Shown: positions 42,006 through 53,621, counted from the first letter of the stretch. The stretch is DNA of 64,000 nucleotides from Gemmatimonadales bacterium (GCA_037385645.1 JARRMU010000020.1:646-64645), one strand, 5' to 3'. Translations and numbers: made by a program. The notes: a model not told the origin generated them from the sequence alone.

Positions 42006-43190
42006 ATGTTACACGCACCCCTGGGAATCCTCTTGACGGAGGAGCAGCGTCAGATCTGTGAGCTGGCACGCTCCTTCGCGGAGTCCGAGTTGCGGCCGCT
42101 GGCCCAGCAGCGGGACGAAGAGGAGGATCGTTTTGATCGCGCAGCCGTGGACAAGCTGGGCGAATTGGGGTTCCTGGGCATGTTGGTGCCCGAGGAATAC
42201 GACGGGCTGGGCCTGGACATGCTCACCTACCTGTACTCGCTGGTCGAGATCGCGTGGGGCGACCCCTCCGTATCCGTCTCAATGAGCGTGCACAACTCGC
42301 TTCCCACCCAGATCCTCCTCAGGCACGGGACGGAAGTGCAGAAGGAGAGGTGGCTGAAACCGATGGCCCGCGGCGAGTTGCTCGGTGCCTTCTCCCTCTC
42401 CGAGGCTGGTGCCGGAAGCGACGCGGCAGCGCTGACCTCACAGGCGACGAGAGATGGAGACGGGTGGGTCCTGACCGGCTCCAAGACCTGGGTGACGAAC
42501 GGCGCCTCGGCCGATGTCGTTCTCCTGTTCGCGCGGACGGACTCGCCGGAGGAGCGGGTCGGATCACGCGGCATCGGCGCCTTCCTCGTCCCGACCGACA
42601 CGGCCGGATACCGCCCGAGCAAGAAGGAGCGGAAGATGGGTCTGCGGGGCTCGGAGACGGTGGAGGTCGCCTTGGAGGGGCTCCGTTTGGGGCCCGAGCA
42701 CCTGATCGGCGAGCCCCACGACGGATTCCGCTATGCGCTCGCGGCGCTGGAGGGAGGACGCCTCGGCATCGCGGCGCAGGCCGTCGGCATAGCGAAGGCG
42801 GCGCTCGAGCACGCTCTCGACTACGCAGAGGAGAGGGTGCAATTCGGATCTCAGATCCGCGCGTTTCAGGGCCTTCAATTCAAGCTCGCCGACATGGCGG
42901 CGCGATACGAGGCGGCGCTGGCGATGCTGGAACGGGCCGGACGCGCGTATTCGTCCGGAGACCCCCGCAGCCGGCGGCTCTCTTCGGCGGCGAAGCTCGT
43001 GGCCAGCGAGGCGGCGGTGTGGGTCAGCCGACAGGCGGTGCAGGTGTTTGGCGGCTACGGCTACAGCCGCGAGTACCCTGTGGAGCGACTGTTCCGTGAC
43101 TCGAAAATCACTGAGATTTACGAGGGCACGAGCGAGATCCACCGTTGGATCATCGCGGGACAGCTTTACAAAGAAAAGGACGGAGCCTAG
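42006..43190 (+). CDS. acyl-CoA dehydrogenase (short/branched-chain type)
   Basis: ACAD N, M and C domains, catalytic E near C-terminus (YEGTSEI). Confidence 0.9.
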   Translation: MLHAPLGILLTEEQRQICELARSFAESELRPLAQQRDEEEDRFDRAAVDKLGELGFLGMLVPEEYDGLGLDMLTYLYSLVEIAWGDPSVSVSMSVHNSLPTQILLRHGTEVQKERWLKPMARGELLGAFSLSEAGAGSDAAALTSQATRDGDGWVLTGSKTWVTNGASADVVLLFARTDSPEERVGSRGIGAFLVPTDTAGYRPSKKERKMGLRGSETVEVALEGLRLGPEHLIGEPHDGFRYALAALEGGRLGIAAQAVGIAKAALEHALDYAEERVQFGSQIRAFQGLQFKLADMAARYEAALAMLERAGRAYSSGDPRSRRLSSAAKLVASEAAVWVSRQAVQVFGGYGYSREYPVERLFRDSKITEIYEGTSEIHRWIIAGQLYKEKDGA

Positions 43191-43237
43191 TGAGTCAGAC
43201 GGACGTACGGATCGACGAATTGGTCGAGGCGACCGGC

Positions 43238-44302
43238 ATGGAAAAGCCACAGCTATTCGACCTCTTCGCCGAGCACGGCCACGAGCAGGTCGTGTTCAGC
43301 TATGAGCCCTCCTGCGGCTACAAGGGGATCGTGGCCATCCACGACACGACGCTCGGACCTGCTTTGGGCGGCACGCGGTTCTGGTCATATGCGACCGACT
43401 TCGACGCCCTCATCGACGTCCTCCGTCTCTCTCGCGGGATGACCTTCAAGGCTGCGATCGCCGGCCTCAATCTCGGTGGCGGGAAGGCCGTGATCATCGG
43501 CGACAACAAGACCCACTATCGCGAGATGATCATGCGGGCCCACGGCCGCGTCGTCGAAAGTCTGGGTGGCCGATACATCACGGCCGAGGACGTGGGCACC
43601 TCGGTCTCGGACATGGACTACGTGCATACGGAGACCGAGTACGTCGTGGGAATCATGGGGCGTTCCGGCGATCCGTCGCCCGTTACCGCGTTCGGCACCT
43701 ACCGGGGGATGAAGGCGTGCGCCCTGAGGAAGTACGGTGACGACGACCTGGGCCAGAAGACGGTCGCGATCCAGGGCGTCGGCCACGTCGGCTACTATCT
43801 GGCCCGCAATCTGGCTGAAGAGGGGGCGAAGCTCTTCGTGACCGACATCGACCAGAACCGGGTCGATCGAGCGGCCGACGAGCTGGGCGCGGTCGTCGTG
43901 GAGCCGGACGAGATCTACGATGTGGAGGCGGACATCTTCGCTCCGTGCGCACTCGGGGCCGTGCTGAACAGCCGGACGATCCCCCGGCTTTACGCGGATA
44001 TCGTCGCCGGCGCTGCGAACAACCAGTTGGAGACGGAAGAGGACGACGACCGCCTCCGTGAGCGCGGCATCCTCTACGCGCCGGACTACGTCATCAATGC
44101 CGGCGGCCTGATCAACGTGTACTCGGAACTCGTCGGGTGGACGCTGGATCGCTCCAAGCGAAAGGCGGGCGAGATCTATGGCGTCCTCTCCCGCATCTTC
44201 GAGCTGGCCGAAGAGGAGGGAATCACCAGCGCCGAAGCGGCGGACCGACTGGCGATGCGGCGGGTGGAGCAGGTCGCGAGACTGCACCGGTCCCATGTCT
44301 GA
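43238..44302 (+). CDS. leucine dehydrogenase (Glu/Leu/Phe/Val dehydrogenase family)
   Basis: near-identity of IHDTTLGPALGG..GLNLGGGKAVIIGD to Bacillus LeuDH; alternative GTG start at 43190. Confidence 0.85.
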   Translation: MEKPQLFDLFAEHGHEQVVFSYEPSCGYKGIVAIHDTTLGPALGGTRFWSYATDFDALIDVLRLSRGMTFKAAIAGLNLGGGKAVIIGDNKTHYREMIMRAHGRVVESLGGRYITAEDVGTSVSDMDYVHTETEYVVGIMGRSGDPSPVTAFGTYRGMKACALRKYGDDDLGQKTVAIQGVGHVGYYLARNLAEEGAKLFVTDIDQNRVDRAADELGAVVVEPDEIYDVEADIFAPCALGAVLNSRTIPRLYADIVAGAANNQLETEEDDDRLRERGILYAPDYVINAGGLINVYSELVGWTLDRSKRKAGEIYGVLSRIFELAEEEGITSAEAADRLAMRRVEQVARLHRSHV

Positions 44303-44332
44303 ATCGAGCCCGACACTCTTGCCAAGCGAGCG

Positions 44333-45649
44333 ATGATGACCGAGCCACGAAACGGAACGGCAGCCACAGCCCCTTCGTGGCTCACTCCGGAAGGCAAGCT
44401 GGCTGAAACCGATCCGGAAATCTACAAGGCGATCTGCGATGAATCGGACCGGCAACGGCGTGGCCTCGAGCTCATCGCGAGCGAGAATTTCGTCTCCCCA
44501 GCGGTACTGGAGGCTATGGGCTCGGTCCTCACGAACAAGTACGCGGAGGGCTATCCAGGGAAGCGCTACTACGGCGGTTGCGAGTACGTGGACCGGGTCG
44601 AGAGCCTCGCTCGACGTCGTGCCGAGGAGCTATTTCAGGCGGACCACGCCAACCTGCAGCCGCACAGCGGGTCACAGGCCAACATCGCCGCCTATTTCGC
44701 CTTCCTGAGCCCCGGGGACACGATTCTCGGGATGAGCCTCTCCCACGGCGGCCACCTCACCCATGGCTCTCCGGTAAATTTCAGCGGGAAGCTCTATCGG
44801 GTCGTCGACTATGGTGTCCGCGAGGCGGATGGTCTGGTCGACATGGATGCCGTGCGCGAGACCGCCCAGCGCGAAAAGCCCCACATGATCGTGGCGGGTG
44901 CCAGCGCCTACCCCCGCACTCTTCCGTTCGAGGAGTTTGCCGATATCGCGCATGAGGTAGGCGCGATCCTGCTGGTGGATATGGCGCACATCGCCGGTCT
45001 CATCGCGGCGGGCGTGCATCCCTCCCCGATCCCTCATGCGGACGTCGTCACCACGACCACCCACAAGACGCTGCGCGGGCCGCGCGGCGGCCTCATCCTC
45101 TGCCGCGAGGAGCACGCAAAGGCGATCGACAAGTCGGTCTTCCCGGGGATGCAGGGCGGACCCCTCATGCACGTGATCGCGGCGAAAGCGGTCGCCCTTC
45201 GGGAGGCCCAGAGCGAAGGTTTTCGCGCCTACGCGGGCCAGGTCGTCCACAACGCCCGGGTGCTCGGTGAGAGGCTCGCCGAGTTGGGTTATCAGCTCGT
45301 GGCAGGCGGGACAGACACGCACCTTATCCTGGTCGACCTTCGCAACACCGAGCTCACCGGTAAGGACGGTGAGGAGATGCTCGAGCGTGCGGGGATTACG
45401 GTGAACAAGAACACGGTGCCGTTCGAGACCCGGTCTCCCTTCGTCACGTCTGGAATACGCATCGGCACCTCGGCGATCACGACCCGCGGGATGTCGGATG
45501 TCGAGATGGGCACGGTCGCCGCCATGATAGACCGAGTGCTCCGATCAGGCGGATCCGACTCGGTGATTGAAGCGGTTCGCGCGGAGGTACTGGAGATGTG
45601 CGAGGCTTTCCCGCTGTATGAGCCGGCCGGCGCCGGCTCCGCGAGCTGA
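44333..45649 (+). CDS. glyA: serine hydroxymethyltransferase
   Basis: ELIASENF and PLP-binding signature ([13 protein letters not shown]). Confidence 0.95.
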   Translation: MMTEPRNGTAATAPSWLTPEGKLAETDPEIYKAICDESDRQRRGLELIASENFVSPAVLEAMGSVLTNKYAEGYPGKRYYGGCEYVDRVESLARRRAEELFQADHANLQPHSGSQANIAAYFAFLSPGDTILGMSLSHGGHLTHGSPVNFSGKLYRVVDYGVREADGLVDMDAVRETAQREKPHMIVAGASAYPRTLPFEEFADIAHEVGAILLVDMAHIAGLIAAGVHPSPIPHADVVTTTTHKTLRGPRGGLILCREEHAKAIDKSVFPGMQGGPLMHVIAAKAVALREAQSEGFRAYAGQVVHNARVLGERLAELGYQLVAGGTDTHLILVDLRNTELTGKDGEEMLERAGITVNKNTVPFETRSPFVTSGIRIGTSAITTRGMSDVEMGTVAAMIDRVLRSGGSDSVIEAVRAEVLEMCEAFPLYEPAGAGSAS

Positions 45650-46290
45650 GCCCTCACGAGGCGCCTTCGGCCGAGCTGATCGAGATCCCCGCCGAAGCCG
45701 CGAGCGCCGAGCACCGTGAGCGCGGCTCCCGGTTCATCGCCTCCGTGCGCGCCGTCTCCTCCGAGAACGAGGCCCGCGAGTTTCGCGCGGATGTTCGTCG
45801 ACGCTTTCACGACGCGACCCACCATGTGCTCGCCGCACGTCTCGCTGCCGGGTCCGAGCTGCTGGACGACGATGGCGAGCCTGCTGGTACGGGTGCGCGT
45901 CCGGTGCTGGACGCCCTCGTCGGCAGCGGGCTCACCGATGCGGCCGTCGTGGTGACGCGCTACTTCGGCGGAACGAAGCTGGGCACGGGCCCGCTCGCAC
46001 GGGCGTACGCCACCGCGGCGGGGCAGGCATTGGCGTCGACGACCCGGCGAAGATTGGTGCGAGGGGTCAAGCTGCGCCTGCGCTTCGGCTACGACGACAC
46101 GGGCGTGGTCATGCGTGCGCTCGCCGCCGCGGATGCCGTGCGATTGGAGGAGAGGTTCTCCGAGTCAACCGAGCTCGAGATCGGGGTTCCGCGGGCCGCC
46201 GCGGCCAGCCTTCGGTCCGTCCTCACGGACTCGACGGCGGGCAGGATCAGGATCACGGGGGGTGACGAGTCGATTCTCCTTCCGGCCTGA
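45646..46290 (+). CDS. yigZ: IMPACT/YigZ family protein (UPF0029); no canonical start codon
   Basis: [40 protein letters not shown]; frame is open from 45622 but the only in-frame ATG/GTG/TTG is GTG 45745, downstream of the conserved SRFIA strand; CTG at 45646 or 45676 would give a full-length protein. Confidence 0.65.
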   Translation: MSPHEAPSAELIEIPAEAASAEHRERGSRFIASVRAVSSENEAREFRADVRRRFHDATHHVLAARLAAGSELLDDDGEPAGTGARPVLDALVGSGLTDAAVVVTRYFGGTKLGTGPLARAYATAAGQALASTTRRRLVRGVKLRLRFGYDDTGVVMRALAAADAVRLEERFSESTELEIGVPRAAAASLRSVLTDSTAGRIRITGGDESILLPA

Positions 46291-46461
46291 CACGGCGCCC
46301 GCGGCGACCCGCAGTTTCGGACGCAGGGCACGGCCGGCACTTGACCTTCCAAGACCGGCCCGTCAGATTCGCCTTCGTGTTGCGAAAGCCTGTTGTTCGC
46401 TACGGTGCTTGAGGTTGCATCCCACGCGCTGCGCTGCACAAGCCGACCTTCGACGCACAGG

Positions 46462-46854
46462 ATGGACGCGAGAGTAGCGAAGATGAATTCGTCTCCGACG
46501 GCCGATGTGTTGGGCCGCTTGGCCCTGCGGAATCCGCGCTATGCGGAGGCGGCGTACCTTTTCGTGCTCGAAGCGCTCCATCATCGCCTGCTGCAGCTCG
46601 AGCGTCCAAGGCACCTTACAGGCGCGGAGCTGGCGGAGTCGGTTCGGGACCTCGCGTTGGAGCGATTCGGGCCCCTCGCACGCACTGTGCTCCAGCACTG
46701 GGGCATCCACTCCACATCGGACATGGGCAGCGTCGTGTTCCTGCTCGTGGAATCGGGGGTACTGATCAAAGAGCCGACGGATACTCCGGAGGATTTCGAG
46801 GATCTCTTCAGTTTCGAGGAGGCCTTCGAAACCAGCTATCCGTGGGGAGGGTGA
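46462..46854 (+). CDS. hypothetical protein (130 aa), acidic C-terminus
   Basis: ATG with AGGA RBS; no family recognised. Confidence 0.5.
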   Translation: MDARVAKMNSSPTADVLGRLALRNPRYAEAAYLFVLEALHHRLLQLERPRHLTGAELAESVRDLALERFGPLARTVLQHWGIHSTSDMGSVVFLLVESGVLIKEPTDTPEDFEDLFSFEEAFETSYPWGG

Positions 46855-46934
46855 GCAGCGTTAGCCGTTCGTAAGCTGCTCGGCGTGAAGGAGCGGTGCG
46901 AAGCCGGCCGCCAACCACTGGGAGGGGTGATCGC

Positions 46935-47132
46935 GTGGAAGATTCGGCGCAATTTCCCGACTGTATGAAATGCGGAGAGGGCGTTCTGATCCCGCTGTCC
47001 GATTACGGCAGAGACGGAGCACCCATTCGGTACAAGGCATGGGTATGTTCCAACCCGGAGTGCGGCTTCAACATCCGCATCGACAACGGCGAGATCAGCT
47101 TCGGCCGCTCTCTGTCCCAGTCCTTCAAATAG
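46935..47132 (+). CDS. small zinc-ribbon protein (CxxC...Cx4C, MJ0042-like)
   Basis: GTG start 9 nt after GGAGG; CMKC..(x24)..CSNPEC; followed by a terminator. Confidence 0.5.
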   Translation: MEDSAQFPDCMKCGEGVLIPLSDYGRDGAPIRYKAWVCSNPECGFNIRIDNGEISFGRSLSQSFK

Positions 47133-47187
47133 CGGCCGCAGAGCCGAGCCGCCGGCCGAGGCCGACGGCTCGGACGCGCGCCGCACC

Positions 47188-47227
47188 CGCCCGCCTCCGT
47201 TAGCGAGGCGGGCGCGTTATCTTTCTC
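47188..47227 (+). terminator. rho-independent terminator (10-bp stem CGCCCGCCTC/GAGGCGGGCG, loop cgttagc, then CGTTATCTTTCTCG)
   Basis: seen in sequence; a second hairpin (47144-47173, CCGAGCCG/CGGCTCGG) precedes it. Confidence 0.6.
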
Positions 47228-47276
47228 GATCAAACCACCGCTTCGTAGGGATGATCCGCGGGACCGCCGAAACATC

Positions 47277-48857
47277 ATGACAGGTAGATCCGCCATGCCA
47301 TCGCTGCCCTTCGGCGCCGCGCTCGTGTGGCTTCCGACGGCCGACGAGATGGCGGAGCTGGATCGCAGCGCCACGGAATCGGGAGCGATTCCGGAACGGG
47401 CCCTCATCGAATCAGCTGGCCGTGAGATCGCGCATGCCGTGCAGCGCGACTTCCCGGCAGGCCGGATTCTCGCGCTGGCAGGCAGCGGCCACAACGGTGC
47501 CGACGCTCTCGTGGCGAGTCGGACTCTGGCGGCCTGGGGGCGCGAGGTGCGTGCCTTGCGGTGCGCCGCCCAGCCGCCCAAGCCGGACGTTCTGGCCGGT
47601 TGGCCGCTCGAGCTGGAGGGGCCGGAAGCGTTGGACGCACTGCTGACCGGAGATACGGTGGTGTTGGACGGTCTGCTGGGAACCGGCGTGACGGGAGCCC
47701 CGCGGGAGCCGGTGGCGAGCATGATCCGCTCGGTAAATGCTTCCGGCCTGCCGATCGTGGCCGTGGATGGACCCAGCGGGGCGGATTTCACGACCGGCGC
47801 CGTGGCAGGCGATTGCATCAAGGCGCGAACTACCGTGTGCCTCGGGTGGCCGAACGTCGGTCTCATGCGCTATCCGGCGCGTGGCTACTGCGGCGACCTG
47901 GTCGCTGTAGAGATCGGCTTTCCGCCGCCGGAGAAGCCCATGAGCTTCCGCGCCATCACCGACGGATGGGTCTCGCGCCTCTTCGTTCCCCGGCCGGCGA
48001 ACGCTCACAAGGGTCATGCCGGCTACCTTACGATCATCGCCGGGCAGCGAGGGATGGCCGGCGCCGCCGTGCTCGCCGCCCGCGGCGCCGTGCGCGCCGG
48101 AGCCGGCATCGTTCGGGTCGTGGGTGATCCTGCCAATCGCGACATCGTTCAGAAGGCCGCGCCCGAGACGATCTTCGTTGAGTGGAACGATGAATCGGCC
48201 GTTCGGGAGGCGGTGACGTGGGCTGATGCCCTGGCGGTGGGTCCGGGCCTCGGAAGCGGGCGACGCGAGCTGGTACAGGCAGCGTTGGAGGAGGCAGCCC
48301 TGGCGGGGAAGCCGGCGGTCGTGGATGCCGACGGGCTGAACGCGTGGGCAGGAGCGGCCAACGAGCTGGCCGATCGACTTCCATCGGAATCGTTGATCAC
48401 TCCGCATCCGGGTGAGCTGAGCCGGCTGATCGGCAGACCGATCGAGGAGATCGTGGCCGACGGGCCCATCGCGGCGAGCCAGGCCTCGCGCGCGCTCCGC
48501 TGCGCCGTGCTGCTAAAGGGCGCGCCCTCCTGGGTGGCCGATGGCGAGGCGCCCGTGCGCGTGAGCACGAGCGGTGACGCCGCGCTGGCCACCGGCGGCG
48601 TTGGCGATGTGCTGACCGGTCTCATCGGCGCCCAGCTCGCGGTCGGGCTGGGGGCGGCCGACGCGGCGTCGGTCGCGCTTCACCTCTCCGGCGTCGCCGC
48701 GCTGCTGGCGCCAGAGCCGGTGGGCCACTCGGCGGCGGAGCTCCCGGAGCGGATCCCGGAGGCGCGATCCCTGATCGAGGATTCCTCGACGGTCGCCCAC
48801 CCGTACCTTTTCGTTCTTCCGGCGCCGCGCGGCTCGCCGCCGTTTCCGGCCGAGTAG
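47277..48857 (+). CDS. nnr: bifunctional NAD(P)H-hydrate epimerase/dehydratase
   Basis: YjeF-N (LALAGSGHNGADAL) and YjeF-C carbohydrate-kinase domain (GGVGDVLTG). Confidence 0.9.
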   Translation: MTGRSAMPSLPFGAALVWLPTADEMAELDRSATESGAIPERALIESAGREIAHAVQRDFPAGRILALAGSGHNGADALVASRTLAAWGREVRALRCAAQPPKPDVLAGWPLELEGPEALDALLTGDTVVLDGLLGTGVTGAPREPVASMIRSVNASGLPIVAVDGPSGADFTTGAVAGDCIKARTTVCLGWPNVGLMRYPARGYCGDLVAVEIGFPPPEKPMSFRAITDGWVSRLFVPRPANAHKGHAGYLTIIAGQRGMAGAAVLAARGAVRAGAGIVRVVGDPANRDIVQKAAPETIFVEWNDESAVREAVTWADALAVGPGLGSGRRELVQAALEEAALAGKPAVVDADGLNAWAGAANELADRLPSESLITPHPGELSRLIGRPIEEIVADGPIAASQASRALRCAVLLKGAPSWVADGEAPVRVSTSGDAALATGGVGDVLTGLIGAQLAVGLGAADAASVALHLSGVAALLAPEPVGHSAAELPERIPEARSLIEDSSTVAHPYLFVLPAPRGSPPFPAE

Positions 48858-48882
48858 ACGCGCGCGACCTGACGGTAAGGGA

Positions 48883-49893
48883 ATGGCTTCGAAGCCTGGG
48901 CGCATGAAGCCGGGTCCGGAGTTCGATCGAATTCGAGCTTTCATTGCCGCCGTTCGCGCCACGTCGGCGTGGGCCGAGATACCGCCGGGTGATGACGCGG
49001 CCGTCATCCCCTGGTCGAGCGAGGAATCGGTGGTGCTCAGCTCGGATGCTTTCGTCGAAGGAGTTCATTTCAAGCGGGCCTGGTTGCGTTGGGAGGCCGT
49101 CGGATATCGTGCCATGGCCGCGGCGCTGTCGGATTTGGCCGCCATGGCCGCGCGTCCCGCCGGGGTTCTGGTCTCCCTCATGGTGCCGCCCGAAACGGAA
49201 GAAAGCATGCTCGTCGCGCTCGGCGATGGAATGGGCGAATGCCTCCGCCGGCACCAGACCGGATTGCTGGGAGGCGACCTCGCCCACTCACCGGAGGTTG
49301 TCGCCATCGACGTCTGTGCCGTCGGCGCCAGCCGTAGACCGATAGGCCGAGGGGGAGCGAGCGAGGGTGACGAGATCTGGCTTACCGGTGCGGTTGGCGG
49401 CGCCGCCGCGGCGGTTCAAGCCTGGGGACGTTCGATGGAACCCGATCCTCGCGCCAGGGCAGCGTTCGAGAAGCCGACGCCGAGGCTTTCGGAGGCGATT
49501 TGGCTCGTCGAGCACGCCAATCTGACCGCGCTCATCGACCTCTCGGACGGGCTCGCCGGCGACGCTCGCCAGATTGCGGCCGCCTCCGAGGCGAGGCTCC
49601 GGATCGACCTGGATGCCGTGCCGTTGGCGCCGCCTCTCTCGGAGTATGCGAACCACGATGCGGCATTGGGCCTGGCATTGGCCGGCGGGGAGGACTACGA
49701 GCTGCTCGTTTGCTGCGAGGCAGGCGCCCTCGACAAGGTACGGTCGGAGTTCGAGCGCCGCTTCGAAATCAGGCTGACGAAGGTGGGCGTCGTCGAGGAC
49801 GGCGATGGCGTGACCTGGACGGCCGCCTCCGGCGCGAGCGTGCCGGCCGGCCTTGACGGATTCGACCACTTCTCTACGGAGAGGATCGAGTGA
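48883..49893 (+). CDS. thiL: thiamine-monophosphate kinase
   Basis: AIR-synthase-related N and C domains, ThiL length. Confidence 0.9.
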   Translation: MASKPGRMKPGPEFDRIRAFIAAVRATSAWAEIPPGDDAAVIPWSSEESVVLSSDAFVEGVHFKRAWLRWEAVGYRAMAAALSDLAAMAARPAGVLVSLMVPPETEESMLVALGDGMGECLRRHQTGLLGGDLAHSPEVVAIDVCAVGASRRPIGRGGASEGDEIWLTGAVGGAAAAVQAWGRSMEPDPRARAAFEKPTPRLSEAIWLVEHANLTALIDLSDGLAGDARQIAAASEARLRIDLDAVPLAPPLSEYANHDAALGLALAGGEDYELLVCCEAGALDKVRSEFERRFEIRLTKVGVVEDGDGVTWTAASGASVPAGLDGFDHFSTERIE

Positions 49894-50636
49894 TTCGCAC
49901 GCTGGCGTTCGGCGTCGTCGTTCTCGTCTCGACGATCTTCTTTTCCGTGTTCGCCATCGTTGCCGGTCTGCTGAAGGCGGACAAGGGCGCCTACGACTGG
50001 GTGCACAGGAACTGGTCCCGGGCGGTGTTGTGGGCGGCCGGTGTGAAGGTCGAGGTGGTCGGCCTGGAGCACGTGCAACCCGGCGGCGCCCAGATCTTCG
50101 TCAGCAACCACCAGTCGATGTTCGACATCTGGGCGATGTTCGCGACGCTGCCGGTCTCGCTGCGATTCATCGCCAAGAAGGAGCTGTCCCGGATACCCGT
50201 GTTCGCCCACGCCATGCGGCACGCGGGTCACGTCTTCATAGACCGGAAGGATCGATCCCAGGCAGCCGAAGCGATGCGGCGGGCCGGCGAGCGGATGCAA
50301 GACGAGGGACTGTCGCTGGGCCTGTTTCCGGAGGGCACCCGGTCCAGGGACGGCGCGCTGGGTGCCTTCAAGAAAGGAGCCTTCGCCCTTGCGATCGAGA
50401 CCCGGACCACCTTGGTACCGATCGTCGTCGACGGTGGCGCCGAGATCATGCCCGACGGGTTCCGGCTCCGGCCGCGTCCCCTCCTGATGCACTGCGGGGC
50501 CCCGATCGACTTGAGCGGGCTCGACGCCGGGGACCGGGACGACCTGCTTGCCCGCTCGCGGGCCGAGATCCGCGGGATGCTCGAAGAGGCGCGGCGACTC
50601 CGGCCTCTCAGAGCCCGGAGTTCCTCCTCCGCCTAG
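49890..50636 (+). CDS. plsC: 1-acyl-sn-glycerol-3-phosphate acyltransferase
   Basis: HxxxxD (VSNHQSMFD) and FPEGTRS motifs; GTGA overlap with thiL. Confidence 0.85.
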   Translation: MIRTLAFGVVVLVSTIFFSVFAIVAGLLKADKGAYDWVHRNWSRAVLWAAGVKVEVVGLEHVQPGGAQIFVSNHQSMFDIWAMFATLPVSLRFIAKKELSRIPVFAHAMRHAGHVFIDRKDRSQAAEAMRRAGERMQDEGLSLGLFPEGTRSRDGALGAFKKGAFALAIETRTTLVPIVVDGGAEIMPDGFRLRPRPLLMHCGAPIDLSGLDAGDRDDLLARSRAEIRGMLEEARRLRPLRARSSSSA

Positions 50637-50665
50637 CGGTCCGGCAGCCTCTAGGGTCTACCCGT

Positions 50666-51538
50666 CTAGCCGCCCGGGGTGAAGAAGAGCGGGATGCCAC
50701 CCTCCGTCGGCGCGATCACCATGTTGTTCGTGCCCTGGGCGACCTCCCCGAGCATCTCGAGGTACCGCCAATAGAGGTAGCGCTGGCCGGCGGTCCCGGT
50801 CAGGCTCGTGGCGATGATCTCCTGGGCGTCCCGGATGCCGGCGGCTTCGGCACGCTTCTGATTGGCCTGCTCCTCCACGACCTGGGTCTGAAAGCCCTCT
50901 GCCTGCACCTGCTGCTCCCGAGCGAGCTTTTGCTCGATCGCCAGGCGGATCGCTTCCGGCGGCTCGATCTCGCGCACGAAGAAGGCCGTCATCACGATTC
51001 CCCGGGGCGAGAGGTTCTCGGCCATGAGGTCTTCGATCCGCCCGCCTATGCCGACGCGCTCGCGGGAGAGGATATTGGCGGCGACGACCTCGGCGACCGC
51101 ATCCCGCACCGCCGACCGGTAGGTGTTGTACACGAAGTTGTGTATGGCGCGGTTGTCCCCGACCGTCAGATAGAGGTGCACCACGGAGTCGGGGTTGAGG
51201 CGGTATCGATACGCTGCGTCGACTCCGATGGTCAACTGATCGGAGGTGAGGGCGGGCAGCCGCTCGCTCTGGCCGGAGGGCGGATACTCCATTTCTCGGA
51301 GAGAGTAGTTCGTCCAGGAGCGCAGGATCGAGTGGTAGAGTCCCTGGCGGTAGGGATGCGAATCCACGGCTCCTGTCAGCGGGTTCCGCTTCACGGCGAC
51401 CTCGAAGTCATTGACTCGATTGAAGCCGAACAGCAGCAACATCGCTACGATAAGCACCAGGACTCCGGCGCCTATCGCGCCCGCACCCCGGAAGGTCTTC
51501 CTCAAGTCTAGACGGGATCTCCTGATCGGAGTGCTCAT
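50666..51538 (-). CDS. SPFH/Band-7 (prohibitin/HflC-like) membrane protein
   Basis: N-terminal TM plus SPFH domain; ATG 51538 with GGAGGAAACGG RBS. Confidence 0.85.
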   Translation of the reverse strand: MSTPIRRSRLDLRKTFRGAGAIGAGVLVLIVAMLLLFGFNRVNDFEVAVKRNPLTGAVDSHPYRQGLYHSILRSWTNYSLREMEYPPSGQSERLPALTSDQLTIGVDAAYRYRLNPDSVVHLYLTVGDNRAIHNFVYNTYRSAVRDAVAEVVAANILSRERVGIGGRIEDLMAENLSPRGIVMTAFFVREIEPPEAIRLAIEQKLAREQQVQAEGFQTQVVEEQANQKRAEAAGIRDAQEIIATSLTGTAGQRYLYWRYLEMLGEVAQGTNNMVIAPTEGGIPLFFTPGG

Positions 51539-51706
51539 CCGTTTCCTCCTTGTTGGACAGTTTCGTGACAGGGCGTCAACGTAGCCCCGGCCCGTCATAG
51601 AACCCAGGCGGGCTCACGCCGCTCGGTCGGCGCGAGCCTTGTAGCCTACTTCGGCGAGCGACAGTTTGCGTGCGAAGGCGTCCGACATCGAAGTGTGAGG
51701 CAATAG

Positions 51707-53062
<1,356 letters not shown>

Positions 53063-53096
53063 GGCGTCCCGCTCATCGCCTCACGATCCGAGGCTC

Positions 53097-53420
53097 ATGT
53101 CCGAAAGGCTGAGAAGACTCGGCCAGCGAGCGCTCGTGGCGGCGCTCTGGCTGGCCGGCGGGTACTACCTTGTCCTGGGCGGTGAGTACTCGTCTTTCGA
53201 TCTTCGGATGTTGCGCCAGGAGCAGCGAACGCTCGGTCAGCGCGTGGACTCCCTGGCGGCGGTCACCGACTCGCTGGCGGCTTGGGCCGACAGCCTGGAA
53301 TCCACACCGGCGGTGATCGAGAAGATCGCTCGCGAGCGGTACGGATTCATCCGCGACGGTGAGCGACTTTTCCGCTTCATAGAGGTCGATGCGGGCGACA
53401 GCCGTCAGGTTGCCCGGTAG
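53097..53420 (+). CDS. ftsB: septum formation initiator FtsB/DivIC-like
   Basis: N-terminal TM plus coiled coil; position downstream of eno as in many bacteria. Confidence 0.65.
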   Translation: MSERLRRLGQRALVAALWLAGGYYLVLGGEYSSFDLRMLRQEQRTLGQRVDSLAAVTDSLAAWADSLESTPAVIEKIARERYGFIRDGERLFRFIEVDAGDSRQVAR

Positions 53421-53449
53421 GCAACTCAAGTCTAGATTGCCAGTTACAC

Positions 53450-53523
<74 letters not shown>

Positions 53524-53543
53524 CTCGATAGCGGTGTCCACCT

Positions 53544-53573
53544 GGCCGGAGCCTTCTCCGGCCGCGTTTTTTT
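53544..53573 (+). terminator. rho-independent terminator (GGCCGGAG-CCTT-CTCCGGCC then T7)
   Basis: perfect 8-bp stem followed by 7 T. Confidence 0.7.
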
Positions 53574-53621
53574 GGGGGACTCATAAGCCCTGGGTCGCGG
53601 GTTCAAATCCCGCCCCTGCCA
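53574..53621 (+). pseudogene. truncated tRNA-Met-like 3' fragment (anticodon loop CTCATAA through T-arm and acceptor 3' strand; 5' half absent)
   Basis: GGGGA-CTCATAA-GCCCT, GCGGG-TTCAAAT-CCCGC, CCCTGCC-A; no complementary GGCAGGG upstream. Confidence 0.5.

Noticed and set aside
43190-43237. Leucine dehydrogenase starting at GTG 43190 (overlapping acd stop, good RBS)
   Set aside because: Alignment to Bacillus LeuDH begins at MEKPQ (43238). Kept as a possible alternative only.
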